Assembly (NCBI GenBank): GCA_964234715.1
Contig: OZ174282.1
Source: Podarcis melisellensis
Taxonomy: Eukaryota
DNA: 64,000 nt
Strand: one strand, 5' to 3'
The notes below the pieces were generated by a model. That model was not told the origin of the DNA and searched no databases. It saw nothing but the letters and a program-made list of their open reading frames with translations. Position 1 is the stretch's first letter; each line of letters opens with the position of its first letter. Below, piece by piece: positions 38,862 through 50,700 of this stretch. The position numbers and the translations under genes were made by a program.

Positions 38862-38950
38862 GTGCCATGGTTCAGAACAGAGTGAGAATACTGGGAAAGA
38901 AGAGCTGAACATACAGCATAAATTGATTATATAGGCTAACTGGAAAAAAA
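38862..38950 (+). other. CNOT1: Visible 5'-UTR part of CNOT1 exon 2 (rest of the exon, including the ATG, is hidden in the gap)
   Basis: Acceptor TTTTGTCCTGCAG ends at 38861. The N-terminal coding segment (MNLDSL...QEIQH in human) is not found elsewhere before exon 3, and the adjacent 204-N gap is large enough to hold it. Confidence 0.65.
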
Positions 38951-39154
38951 NNNNNNNNNNNNNNNNNNNNNNNNNNNNNNNNNNNNNNNNNNNNNNNNNN
39001 NNNNNNNNNNNNNNNNNNNNNNNNNNNNNNNNNNNNNNNNNNNNNNNNNNNNNNNNNNNNNNNNNNNNNNNNNNNNNNNNNNNNNNNNNNNNNNNNNNNN
39101 NNNNNNNNNNNNNNNNNNNNNNNNNNNNNNNNNNNNNNNNNNNNNNNNNNNNNN
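38951..39154. other. Assembly gap (204 N)
   Basis: Run of N flanked by A-rich sequence. Confidence 0.99.
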
Positions 39155-40699
39155 ATTTAAAAAAAAGAAATGAAAAGGGTATCCACAACTTAGTTTGTAC
39201 TGTTTATATTCCCTTTTCTCACTGCTTGATTGGTTTAGTTGCTAGAACAACCTTCCCCAACCTGGTAATCTCCAGATGTTGTGGATTACAGCTTTGACCA
39301 CAGACCATGTTAACTGGTTGATGTGATTTGTAGTGCAAAACACCACAGACCACTAAGTTCTTACTATATTTTGCTTGCTGGGAGTTGACAATTGTTAAGT
39401 TTATTAAATTCTAAGTAGTTTTATATCTTATTTATCCTGTTGTTTCATCTTTTTTGTTGTTGTTTGTACCTGAATTGATTTACAACATTGACTTTAATTA
39501 CTCGGTGGTCCTGTAGAGTTATTGCTCATTTTCATGTTTATAACAGAGTTCTTTGGAGTATTTAAAATCAGCCTGTCCTGACCTTCTTGCAATGTCTTGT
39601 AGTAATTTAATGCAAAATTAAATTGGCAATACTTAGTTCATTCTAGGGTGAATTTATTGCAAGTGTTATTACAGTTTGTTTTCCTTATTAAATGAAAATT
39701 GTTCATTCAAGCTTGTATTTTTCATAGTTACAAAAGTAGTTGCCTCTTTCTTTTTGTTGTCTCGAGGTCTGCATTCCTTTTTTGAATGTTTAGATTTTAA
39801 AAAAAGGGAAAAAAAGAATTGAGGCTGGTACTGGTGGTAGAAATGATGGTGAAAACAGTGAAGTGAACCTTCAGGTTTGCAGTTTCCTGCCCAGTGTGGC
39901 TAGTAATGTCATTTAATTCTCAACCTGGATGAGATGTGAAAAAGTAAATGTGGAAGAAGTGTAGCATGAAGTATAGTGACCTGAAGAACAATTACTTCAG
40001 GGCAACATCTTTGTGGCAACCATATGCCCACGTTGTTGCTGCCCTAGTTTTTCTGCAAACCTTTGAAGCTGGCAGAGGGTTTTTGGTTAACGGTGTGTTC
40101 TGGTCTTCTTCACTTGAAGGGTCTTATACTCAGTACTACTTAGAAGTATGCTACTTTGATCCTTGTTTACATCCAACTTTCAAATGCCTTTTAACTTTTG
40201 TGTTTAAGGTCTTTAAATAACTGATTCTTTTGTAAAGTTTTAAATTTTCATTTTATAGTGTATATAATATGGAGAACAATTATAGACCAAAATTAAAACA
40301 TGAAAAACCTATACAATATGCACGTAGGAGGGGGAAATAAGACTTTAATATTGCAAGCAGACAATAAGCAATGCAAAAAAAGAATTTGAGGATGACAGCT
40401 GCTAAAAACAAAAATCAACAACTACAAAATACTTCAGTAGTTAGAGACCATCTAGGGAGACAGCTGGACCTTTGAACAGTAAAGGAGTCAAAAGCTGTCT
40501 AAAGGAAGAAAAGGTGAATGCAGAGAAGCTGAATGAATTCACAGCAGAAGATATAAGGGAAACCCCTGTGCTTCAACTCACGCTTGCTCTTTCTTCATTG
40601 ACAAAATAAGCTGTTGCATCTTCTTTAAAAGAAGCTACAAGTTGGCCCAGCCTGGATCCAGATGATATTAACTATAGGCCAGTGGCTAATGTTTCCTTA

Positions 40700-40985
40700 T
40701 CGGTTTATTGCAGTGCACTCTATGGGATTCCCCTTGAAGATGGTTTGGAAGCTGCAACTGGTACATAATATAGGAGCTAGCTAGGTTACTGCTGGGTGTT
40801 TCTGTCAGGGCTCACCTTACGCTGGTCCTGAAAGATTTTGTGCTGGTTGCCAATTTGCTGCTGAGCCCAGTCTTAAGATGATAATATAAAAAGCCCCAAA
40901 CAACTGAATACTAGTGACAAATGAGAGGGCTGCCACCCAGAGTGGCTGGAGAAGCCCGGCCAGATGGGTGGGGTATAAGTAATAA

Positions 40986-41036
<51 letters not shown>

Positions 41037-41037
41037 T
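40700..41037 (+). mobile_element. L2-like LINE 3' fragment ending in an (ATT)17 microsatellite (40986-41036)
   Basis: Remnant ...GGAAGCTGCAACTGGTACA..., tail CCCAGAGTGGCTGG...GATGGGTGGGGTATAAG, then ATT repeats. Confidence 0.65.
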
Positions 41038-41389
41038 ATCTCCCTTCTGGGGTGTGTCATTGTAACATTTTCAGTGTCAAGTTAAGACATGCTTCTTTAC
41101 CAAGCCTTTCAGGCAAGTGGATGCTTTCCCTTCTGCTGTATTGCTGCACTCCTGTTTTGTTGCTCTTGTGATTTTGTTTAGTTTTCTGAATTTAGCTTAG
41201 GATTTTAATGAACTATATATTGTTTTCAACTGATATTTTGTATAAAATTTCCATGTCCATTTGGTGATGTGTGGGGCTGTAAGTATTTTTTTAAAAAGAA
41301 AATTGTAAATAAATCCTTCCTCACAAGGTGATCAAGAGAGTAGGGGCCTGCTCATTCTAATTATTCTTAGATGAATCTGATTATCTAGA

Positions 41390-41526
41390 ACGTGGTCGGA
41401 AACCTCTGACCCTCCAGCTGAACTACAACTCCCGTCAGTCCCAGTAAGCATGGCTAGTGGCCAGGGTCAGGGATGATGGGAGTTGTAGTTCAGCAACATC
41501 TGGAGCGTCACAGTTCCCTGCACCTG
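41390..41526. mobile_element. hAT-Charlie-like palindromic MITE (ACTACAACTCCC family)
   Basis: AACTACAACTCCC...GATGATGGGAGTTGTAGTTC core, ending in ...GCACCTG. Confidence 0.65.
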
Positions 41527-41778
41527 CTTTGATACGAAGTAAACAAGCTGTGACTTGTTTGCTTGTCTGCGAGGTGAGTCATGGTCTGTTAAATAACATT
41601 AACCACAGTTTATGTGCAAACACAGCCAATATGTGATTCATTGCACACACATTATCAAAAGACAGCACTGGCAAAAAGCTGCTTTCTCTTCTTCTGCTGC
41701 TCAGTAATAAGCTTCCAGTGTCCTTTATGAAGCTTTAGGCAGGGAAAAAATATTTGAGAGGTGCTTTATCAGATTGTA

Positions 41779-42140
41779 GGGACGCGGGTGGCGCTGTGGG
41801 TTAAACCACAGAGCCTAGGACTTTCCGATCAAAAGGTTGGCGGTTCGAATCCCCGCAACGGGGTTAGCTCCCGTTGTTCGGTCCCTGCTCCTGCCAACCT
41901 AGCAGTTCGAAAGCACGTCAAAGTGCAAGTAGATAAATAGGTACCACTCTGGCTGGAAGGTAAACGGCATTTCCATGTGCTGCTCTGGTTCGCCAGAAGC
42001 GGCTTAGTCATGCGGGCCACATGGCCCAGAAGCTGTACGCCAGCTCCCTCGGCCAATAAAGCGAGATGAGCATCCAACTCGGCCAATAAAGCGAGATGAG
42101 TCACGACTGGACCTAATGGTCAGGGGTCCCTTTACCTTTA
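41779..42140 (+). mobile_element. Near full-length Sauria SINE (tRNA-derived)
   Basis: Head GGGACGCGGGTGGCGCTGTGGGTTAAACC with B-box GGTTCGAATCC, body CCTGCCAACCTAGCAGTTCGAAAGCAC...AAGTAGATAAATAGGTACC, and tail CCTTTACCTTTA. Confidence 0.9.
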
Positions 42141-43189
42141 AGACAGCCTCCATTTAGGCTGATCTTTGCTGGCAGATGGGAAATGGAACCTTGTTGATTC
42201 TCCTGGAGCTCTCAGTAGTGTTCAGTGCCATTAATAATAATGTCCTTTCAGTTCAGCTGTCTGGTTTAAGTTTGGGAGGTACTGCTTGATGCTTGTTCTG
42301 CAGAGTTCTATTCATCTGCCCACACTGTTTAACATCTTGATGAAACCATTGAGAAAGAGCATCTGAAGATTTGTTTGAAGGTGTCACTTCAAGATGATAC
42401 TCAGCTTTATATTTGTTGCTCATCACATGCAAGTGAGGCTGTGCACGCTGCTTGGGCATGGCAATGAACTGGATGAACTCTTAAAAACAGAGGTTCAGGG
42501 TGGAATTGAACATCACACTATGATGAATGTCCCTATTAGTACAAGCAATGCAGCTTGCCAGATGGAATGATCCTCCTCCTCCTTCCTGTGCACTGTTTTG
42601 GGGATTCTTCTGACCTCCCCTTGCAGCCAATTTTGGGGGTAGTGGAAGGAGGAGAGCAAGGAAAGCCCTGTTGTGCAAGTGGAAGCCCTCTTGCCCATAG
42701 TCACAGAAGATTAGAGGTATTGATTGGTTCAGGGTGGTCCATTGCATGACCTAAGGGCCACATGCAGCCCTTGAGGCTTTTTTTGGCAGCCCTCTGCAAC
42801 ATTTGACACAGACCCACCCCATTCTTCACACTGCCTTCCCAAAGCTGTTTAAGTGAGGAGCTGGGCTTTGGGAAGGAAGACTGAGGGCTGTAACCATGTC
42901 TTAAGAGTCCTCCCACCTCCTTCCCAAAGCTGGGAAAGAGCTAACAAGGCTTTGGGAAGGAGGTGGGAGAACTGTAGGACCCTTATAGAGCTTCATGCCT
43001 CCTTTCCAAAGCCTGGCGTCTCACTTAGGCAGCTTTATGAAGGCAGTGTGAAGGCTGGCGGGAGGGGGGGCATCAAATTTGGCCATGCTCCCATGTGTGC
43101 AACAAGGCAGTGTGCAGCCCATGGGCTCTGTCAAATTACCATTGCTGCCCACTTGGTATGAAAAATTGGCCTGCCCTATTTGGTTGGTT

Positions 43190-43810
43190 TATCTATTCAG
43201 GTGAATAGTATTCAGCCTGTTCTAGATGGTGTTCTACTCTCCCTAAAGGATCAGGTGTCCAACTGGGGGTGCTTATTGATCCAGCACTGGAGGCTCAAAT
43301 GATCTTACAACTCAAATTACCTATTCTCAGCTTTGGTGGATACACCAGCTTTGACCTTGCCTGAGTGGTGATACCTTGGCCACAATTGCCCATCCTCTGT
43401 TGACTTCCCGTTTAGACTATTGCACTGCATTGTATGTGGGACTGCCTGTAAAAATGGTCCAATAACTGTGGTTGGTTCAGAACAGGAGTTAAAAGGTTTT
43501 AACTAAGACTGTGCAGTTTGATCATATTGTGCCTGTGCTTTGTTCAGCTGCGCTGGTTCTCCATCTGTTTCCGGGGCTAATTTAAAAGTGCTGGTTTATA
43601 AATGGCAAGCTGTGTACCTACCTGAACCTTAAGATCTTTTGGAGGCCCTGCTCCTGGTGCCCCCACCAAAATAAGTGAGGGCGGTAATCTTTCAGTTGTG
43701 ATACCCTGCTTATGAGACAGCCATCTCTGGGAGGCTTGTATTATCCCATTCATGTGGTCCTTTGGCCACCAGGTAAAATCTTTTGTTTCACTCAGGCCTT
43801 CTGAAAGAGT
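43190..43810 (+). mobile_element. Degraded L2 LINE ORF2 fragment
   Basis: TCCCGTTTAGACTATTGCACTGCATTGTATGTGGGACTGCC reads SRLDYCTALYVGLP, the typical L2 C-terminal motif. Confidence 0.7.
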
Positions 43811-44539
43811 GGTGTGGTTTGGGCCTCTCAATTTTTAAAATATTGTTTTAAAATATTCAGTTGCCTTCTTGTTATATTTATGCTGCTTTTGGTCGTAGAA
43901 CTTTCTTTGTATTAAAATAGCTTTTATATTTAATATAAGTAACCCAGATAAATGACAAATCTTCGATTCTGGACTCAACAGGAATTACCTCAATTATATG
44001 CATACTCTGCAATATACTGTATTTAGGTTGCTTTTTTATTTTCTTTTGCTTAGTGCTAACATGCTCTACTTTAAAAGCAAGCAGATTTTCTGTTTATTCA
44101 AGAGTAATTTAAATTATATCCCTTTTCATTTTTAGAAAGTGGTTCTAAGCCCTCCCTATTTTTCTGGGTCATTGGCCCATTTGAAGACTGCTAGGGTCAC
44201 TTGCTGCTGTACTTGCTTCCCCCTTCAGTCTGGCTTGTCATGTTGCCTGACAAACCACGAACATTAAAGTTCATTTTTGGCTTGCCACTTTAGTTTTTTT
44301 TGGGGGGGGGGGGAAACCAACTAAGAGCCCAGGTTCGGGTGACATCAGAAGTCAGACGCTGTGGTATTTGAGCAGTGTTTACCACCACACTGTTCAGTCA
44401 TGTTAAACCAAAACTTGTTTAAACTGTAGTTTAATGTGACTTGGACACTCTGTGAGTTTCCCTTATTTTCTCCTTTTTGCTACTAGCATGGACCCTGCCA
44501 GAAAGCTGTGTGGCTACTGCTCCTTAAGAGTGCAGCTGA

Positions 44540-44694
44540 AAGTGGTAGAAACACTCCGTTAGAACATGGTGCTGATAAACATCAAGGTTGAAGGTCGATC
44601 CCCATAAGGAACAGCTGCATATTCTTGTGTTGCAGGGGGTTGGACTAGATGGTCCTCAGGGTCCCTTCCAATTCTACAGTTCTGTGATTCTATG
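44540..44694 (+). mobile_element. tRNA-derived SINE with a CR1-like tail (Squam3-like)
   Basis: Decayed B-box GGTCGATCCC and 3' GGTTGGACTAGATGGTC...CCCTTCCAATTCTACAGTTCTGTGATTCTATG. Confidence 0.6.
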
Positions 44695-44749
44695 TAGTTA
44701 CAAATGCTATGGTACCTCGCTTCAGCTCTTTCGTTTTTCTTGCAACTAG

Positions 44750-47700
44750 ATTGTGAATCGGCACGGCCCTGAGGCAGACAGGCATTTACTACGCTGTCTA
44801 TTCTCGCATGTGGATTTCAGTGGCGATGGTAAAAGTAGCGGTAAAGATTTCCACCAGGTAAATTTTGTCCTTAAAGAATTTCTTGATTTTTAATTTTTAC
44901 ATTTTTTTTATTCTACGATGCTTCCATCTTGTAGTGACTTACAAAATTCATTGTGAAAATACATACAGTAAAAGCAGCATTGAAACTACTACTAAAACAT
45001 CATACATATGGATACATTTAAAACAGGCAGCAGGTTTACAACAGAACACTTCTTATAAAAGTCCCATAGCTCATTGATAGAGCACAAGCTTTTCATATAA
45101 AATGCTCCAGAGGCATCTCCAGGCAGGTATGCCAAGCACTCCTGCCTGAAATCCTACAAAGGTGCCTGCCAGTCAGTCTATAAAAATGAGTTAGATGCAC
45201 CAGTGGCTTGACTCTGTATAAGACAGGTTCCTGTGTTCCTAAGTTTTTTTAAAAATAGCTTGATTTTCTGTCCAGCAGTTAGTTCAAAAACTTCCTAAAA
45301 CATTGTTTTTGTTACCCTGTAGAAATCTGGAAGGGAGTCAGGTAAGCACATCTTTCTGGGAGAGTTTAAAAGAGGCTTTACTCCAGAGAAGACCTGTGCT
45401 TTTTTCAGATTGGCTTAGCCCACTTAGGAGTACAAAAGTTGCATAGAAGTGCCATATCTGAATGCCAAGTCTGTGTATGTGTTGTATTTGAACTGTTTCA
45501 TATATGTGTTAATTGTTGGTATGATTAATTGCTTCAGGAGGCTTCATAGGAAGCTATTCATAAATGGAAATAACTGTATCCCCGAGTACTTCTGAAGTGG
45601 CTTGTAAATGTAAATAATCCCAACACATTTTAGATTTGTGAACTTCAGGAAATGTTAAAATAGAAGAGTTGAGCTACTTTTGAATACTGCTGTTCCTAAG
45701 GTCTTGTGTGATGGAACTTCATTTTTCTCAAGCTTTGAATGACTTAGTAACTGAGTTCAGTAACTTGAATTTTAGTCACAAGTTTAGTCACAAGTCAAGT
45801 CACTTGTTTGGCTTGTCTCTGTAAAATATTTCTTAATATTAGCTTCTATTTTGTTACTATGGATACAGTATTCAGATGATGTTTGTTGTGCTGGGCATAA
45901 TCAGTAATGACGAAGAATTGTGAATTGCATTCACCTTCTTGAAAGACTAACCAAAATAGTTTAATCTGCCATCTCATCTTTATGATATCAAAATATTTGT
46001 CAAACGTATCCTATAGTAAGAAGACGGTTTGAAGTACTTTAATGGGTGTATATATTATGCTTACAGAAACAAAATCCTGGTAATATCTGGTAACTAGATC
46101 ATAGGTGCCTCCCCCAAAACAACCAAAACTTTTGCTACAGCTGTCTCCTTTCTTTTCAGACGCAGTTTCTGATCCAGGAGTGTGCATCATTGATTACAAA
46201 GCCAAATTTTATTTCGACGCTGTCCTATGCTATTGAAAATCCATTGCATTATCAAAAGGTTTGTATGCAGTTTTAAAGTGCTCTTAACAAGAATGTTAAA
46301 TAAAAACCTATTAAGGTGTCAGTGAGCTAATTTTACAAAATGTACACCTATGTTCATTATTACAAAGGAGTTTTTAAGATTTACATCATGTAAATTCTGT
46401 ACTCATAAAATATCCAGGTAATTGCCTTATTTTACATTTCTTTGCTCTGCAACATCCACTCCTCATTAGGGCTTCTGTAGCAATTTACAGAACTTTGTAT
46501 GCTGGAATTGGAGAATACTGGTAGTTTGGCAACAAATGAGATACTATCTTCAGAGAAGTTGGAAAGTACCACTAATGAGCAGAAGTTGATTTTATTTTTT
46601 TCTGTAGAGGAACTTATGACACAGAGAATCTTTTTCTTGGTACAGTATTCTGTTAAACTGTAAACATAAGCATCTCATATATAAAACTTTTTTCTTTCAG
46701 AGTCTTAAGCCGTCACCCCATCTATTCACTCAGCTGAGCAAAGTTATCAAATTAAGCAAGGTTCAAGAGGTGGGTTAAGTCCATAGATTTATCTTCCATG
46801 AAGTAGTCTGATTCCCTTTTAGTCTGACCATTAAAAATGTTGGCCATCATTGCATGCTTTTTATGTGAAGAAATGCCTCCTTTTGTCCAAACTGAATATC
46901 TCAACATTCAGCTTCATTGTCTGACTCTGACTTCTGGTATTATGAATGAGAAATGAATATTTGTCCAGTGACTTTTTCAACAGCATGCATAATTTTATAG
47001 ACCTCTATCATGTCCTTACCACCACCTCACACCCACCCCCCAACTAGCCCCAGTCATTGAAACTCTTTCTCACTGGGGAGTTCCTTCAGTTGATCATGCT
47101 ACTTGCCCTTTTCTGCACCTTTTGTAGCTCTACAATATGCTTTTTGAGGTGTGGTGAACAGAATTCTACACGCTACTCTGAACACAGGCAAATCATTGAT
47201 TTGCGTAAAGGCACTATGATAGTGATAGTTTTAATAATTATTTCCTTTCTAATTGTACCCATGAAATCTGCTGTTTTCATTTTTTTGTAAATAATTTTTT
47301 ATTAATTTTATAATTTGTAACTTCAACAATTATTCTTCATAAAAAACAAACAATAACAACAGAATATAAACAAAAGCATAAAACATTAACACTTATCAAT
47401 ATATAATCTGCTGTTTTCAGAACAGCTGCACTCTACACCAGTATTTTCATCAAACTGTCCATCACAACCCCCAATATCTTTTTCCTGGTCACTCTCAGTT
47501 TGGATCTCATCAGTGGTTTTTTATAGGCTTTTGTTTATCACTTTTCACTTCTTTTATGCTGAACTGCATTTCCTTTTAAAATGTCCAGTCACCCAGTTTG
47601 GAGAAGACCTTTTGGAGCACCATTTTGTTTTAATGCCCTGAATAATTTGACGTTGGCTCTGAACTTGGCTACCTAAATATAGATCATTTATAAACAAAAT

Positions 47701-50700
47701 TAAAAGCACTGGCCCCAATAGGAATCTTATGGAGGGACTGACATCCTGACAGAATCTGAGGAAGGTTAACAGCTGGTAGTGCTCTTGGAAATGTTCCAAC
47801 CATATTAAATAAGGTGTGGCATTAGTCACAATGATTTCCTGTCCATCTTGCTTTAGAGTAGCAGCGCTGCCAAGAATGTCATCCTCCAATTCCTAATCCA
47901 CCTTATGGGCATCCATAGTGGGTTTTTTTTAAACTCTCAGTGGGATGAGGAAAGTTGTGGGGAGGACAGTAGAGTTCAGCTCTGGTGTTTGTCTTTGCCA
48001 GTCTAGTTGCCAGACAGCTGGACTATGTATGTGATAGGTGATAATGCAGTTCTTTCTTCTATTTGTAGGTTATTTTTGGCCTTGCTTTGCTAAACTCCTT
48101 CAACCCAGATCTACGAGGTTTTGGTAAGATAAATTTGTATAGTATTATAGACACACATACCATATTTTACTTCAGTTTTAGTATAATCTGATACCTGAGT
48201 TGTCTGTAGGAGACTTAGTTTTCATCCTTCTCCTGGATCTAGTTGCTTAAGTTGTAGAATCCAAGGGCCAGAAGGGACCACAGTACAAGGTCCAGTTAAC
48301 TCATTCAGGGATCATCCTTGTAGTTGCCTCCACTGATGTTTGGAGGGAGGGGAAACACCCCAGATCTTGAAAATCTTGCCTGATCTTTGTGGCTAATAGA
48401 ATGTTCTGAAGACATAAGATACAGCTCTCCTTGAGCACTTACAGAAAGGGAAGACAACATGGGAACCATATGTAAGCTGTTCTGAGCTCACAATATAAAT
48501 CTAATACAACACACCCACCCAAAAAATCTTAAGAGGTAATTAAGAAATATGAAATCTGCTTCCTTATGTCAGTTCTGTCGACCTGGACTCTGAAAGTAGT
48601 TGATCTGCGGGTCACTGATCCAAAATATTCCCTTCTTTCTTAATTAAATGAGGTAACTACAGCAACAATTTTTCCATTAATCTGAGTTTCCTAGAGCCAC
48701 TTGTTAGTCCTGTTTGAAGTATATTTGGAAGTAAAAATTCTTAGGGTGTAATAGAGGTTATAGCTGGATCACCATTAGAATTTGAGTAGAGTCATGATAG
48801 GGCGGGCAAGTTTTAGGTGCAACCTAAGCAGGAAAAAGTGAAATTGGTGAAAAAGCCAAGCATGTATGCCCGGAGAAGTACCAGCTTCCACTTCTCCTTT
48901 CTTGTGCTTGTACCAAACAGTGTAAGGAAATGCAAGGTGGCATCAAGTGAGGTTGCATTCCAAGGCAGGGTGGTGCTGAGTTATTCTGACTGGTTGTTCT
49001 AGTATGCAACTGTCTATATACTGTCACACTTATTGTGTGACGATCAGAGCAGTTGGCAAGTGCTGTTGATAAACCAGAAGAGCAGATGCATAAACTTTTT
49101 TAAAAAGCAATTTAGTTAACTGCTTTCGGTTTCTCTCTCTCTCTCTCTCTCTCAAAGCTGCTCAGTTTATTAAACAGAAACTTCCTGATCTTCTGCGTTC
49201 ATACATTGACGCAGACGTCAGTGGAAATCAAGAAGGTGGCTTCCAAGATATTGCAATAGAGGTCTTGCACCTCCTCCTATCCCATCTTCTTTTTGGACAG
49301 AAGGGAGCCTTTGGGGTTGGACAGGAACAGATTGACGCTTTTCTCAAAACATTACGTAGAGGCAAGTATTGTATTTGATACATCTATTTGAAACCCATTT
49401 CTAAAAGGAATAGATTTTTGTGGGGGGTAAACATTTGGGTGGTAATCTAGAAAAGAAACGAGGATCCTGAAACGATTATCTTAATGCAGATCCTTATAGG
49501 ATTGTCTGCACAGTATGTCTTTCAGATACTATAATTGGTAGAAGTTTGGCTATCACAGCTTTAGAACCACCAAGGGTATTATTGTTGGCACTCCATTTAG
49601 AAATGGGATGGGGTTTGGTATAAATTGATGCTTTCCACCCCTCTGAAATTTTGGCCTGGGCTTCTCTGGTCCTACTATCTTAGCCTTCCCCTTCCCTTTC
49701 CTGTCTAAACTTGTGGCAGTTTCAAGGTGCTTTGGAATGTTGCTGTTACAATCCAGAGGATGTAATGGAGGCAGTACTGTGAGGCCCAGTTTGCACAACA
49801 TAGTAAACCATAGTTTACTGTGCACACACCTTAATGGGCTATAATCATGACTTGTTGAGAGCAAAGTGAACCATAATTGCTGGTTTGGTCATAATATTAA
49901 GCCCTGGGATAATTGTTTGCTTCCTCCCAGCATGTGTGGGAAGGAGCAGAGGGGCCAAGCGAGACATGTTCATGGTAAAGCATTAAGTATGACTTACCAT
50001 GGTATGCAACTAAGGTCATATAGTATCTAAATAGCTGAAATGTCACAGTAGGACAGTAAGTAGGCCAAAAGTTGGGGTATAAAATAAATTGCTTTCTGTG
50101 TCTCTGAATTCCAAGACAGTGATCATAAACACCTTTTAATTCAAAACTCCTTTGGTCATAACATGATTTTCACAATATGTAACAAATGATTATTGGGGTT
50201 CTGTGTTGGTCATTGGTTCTTCTGAAATACTAAAATACTCTGGGATCTCAGATTTTCCCCAGGAACGTTGCCCTGTGGTGCTTGCACCACTCCTATACCC
50301 TGAAAAACGGGACATTCTAATGGACAGGATCCTGCCTGATTCTGGAGGGATAGCAAAAACAATGATGGAGAGCTCTCTTGCAGACTTCATGCAGGAAGTT
50401 GGCTATGGCTTTTGTACAAGGTATGTAGATAAATTCACTGAAATTTGGAGTTGATCTCCTGACTCTTAAGTCATACTTTGAATATCCCCATTGAAATGAA
50501 AGGGCAAGTTAAGTCAGTTGAGAAGGCTGTTGGAGGTCGCAGGACAGCTATTCAGCTGCAAATAAAACTTTTAGTGTGTTTTAAGTGCAATATACAATGT
50601 CACACTAGGTGGCGATAGTGAGCCTCATGGAAAATTCAATGTATTTTTAAAAACGCTTTTTTAAAAAGTATTTTCAGAATGGTTTTTATATACACGTAGA

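Noticed and set aside
41779-41860. tRNA gene
   Set aside because: The A/B boxes belong to the SINE head, and there is no complete cloverleaf.
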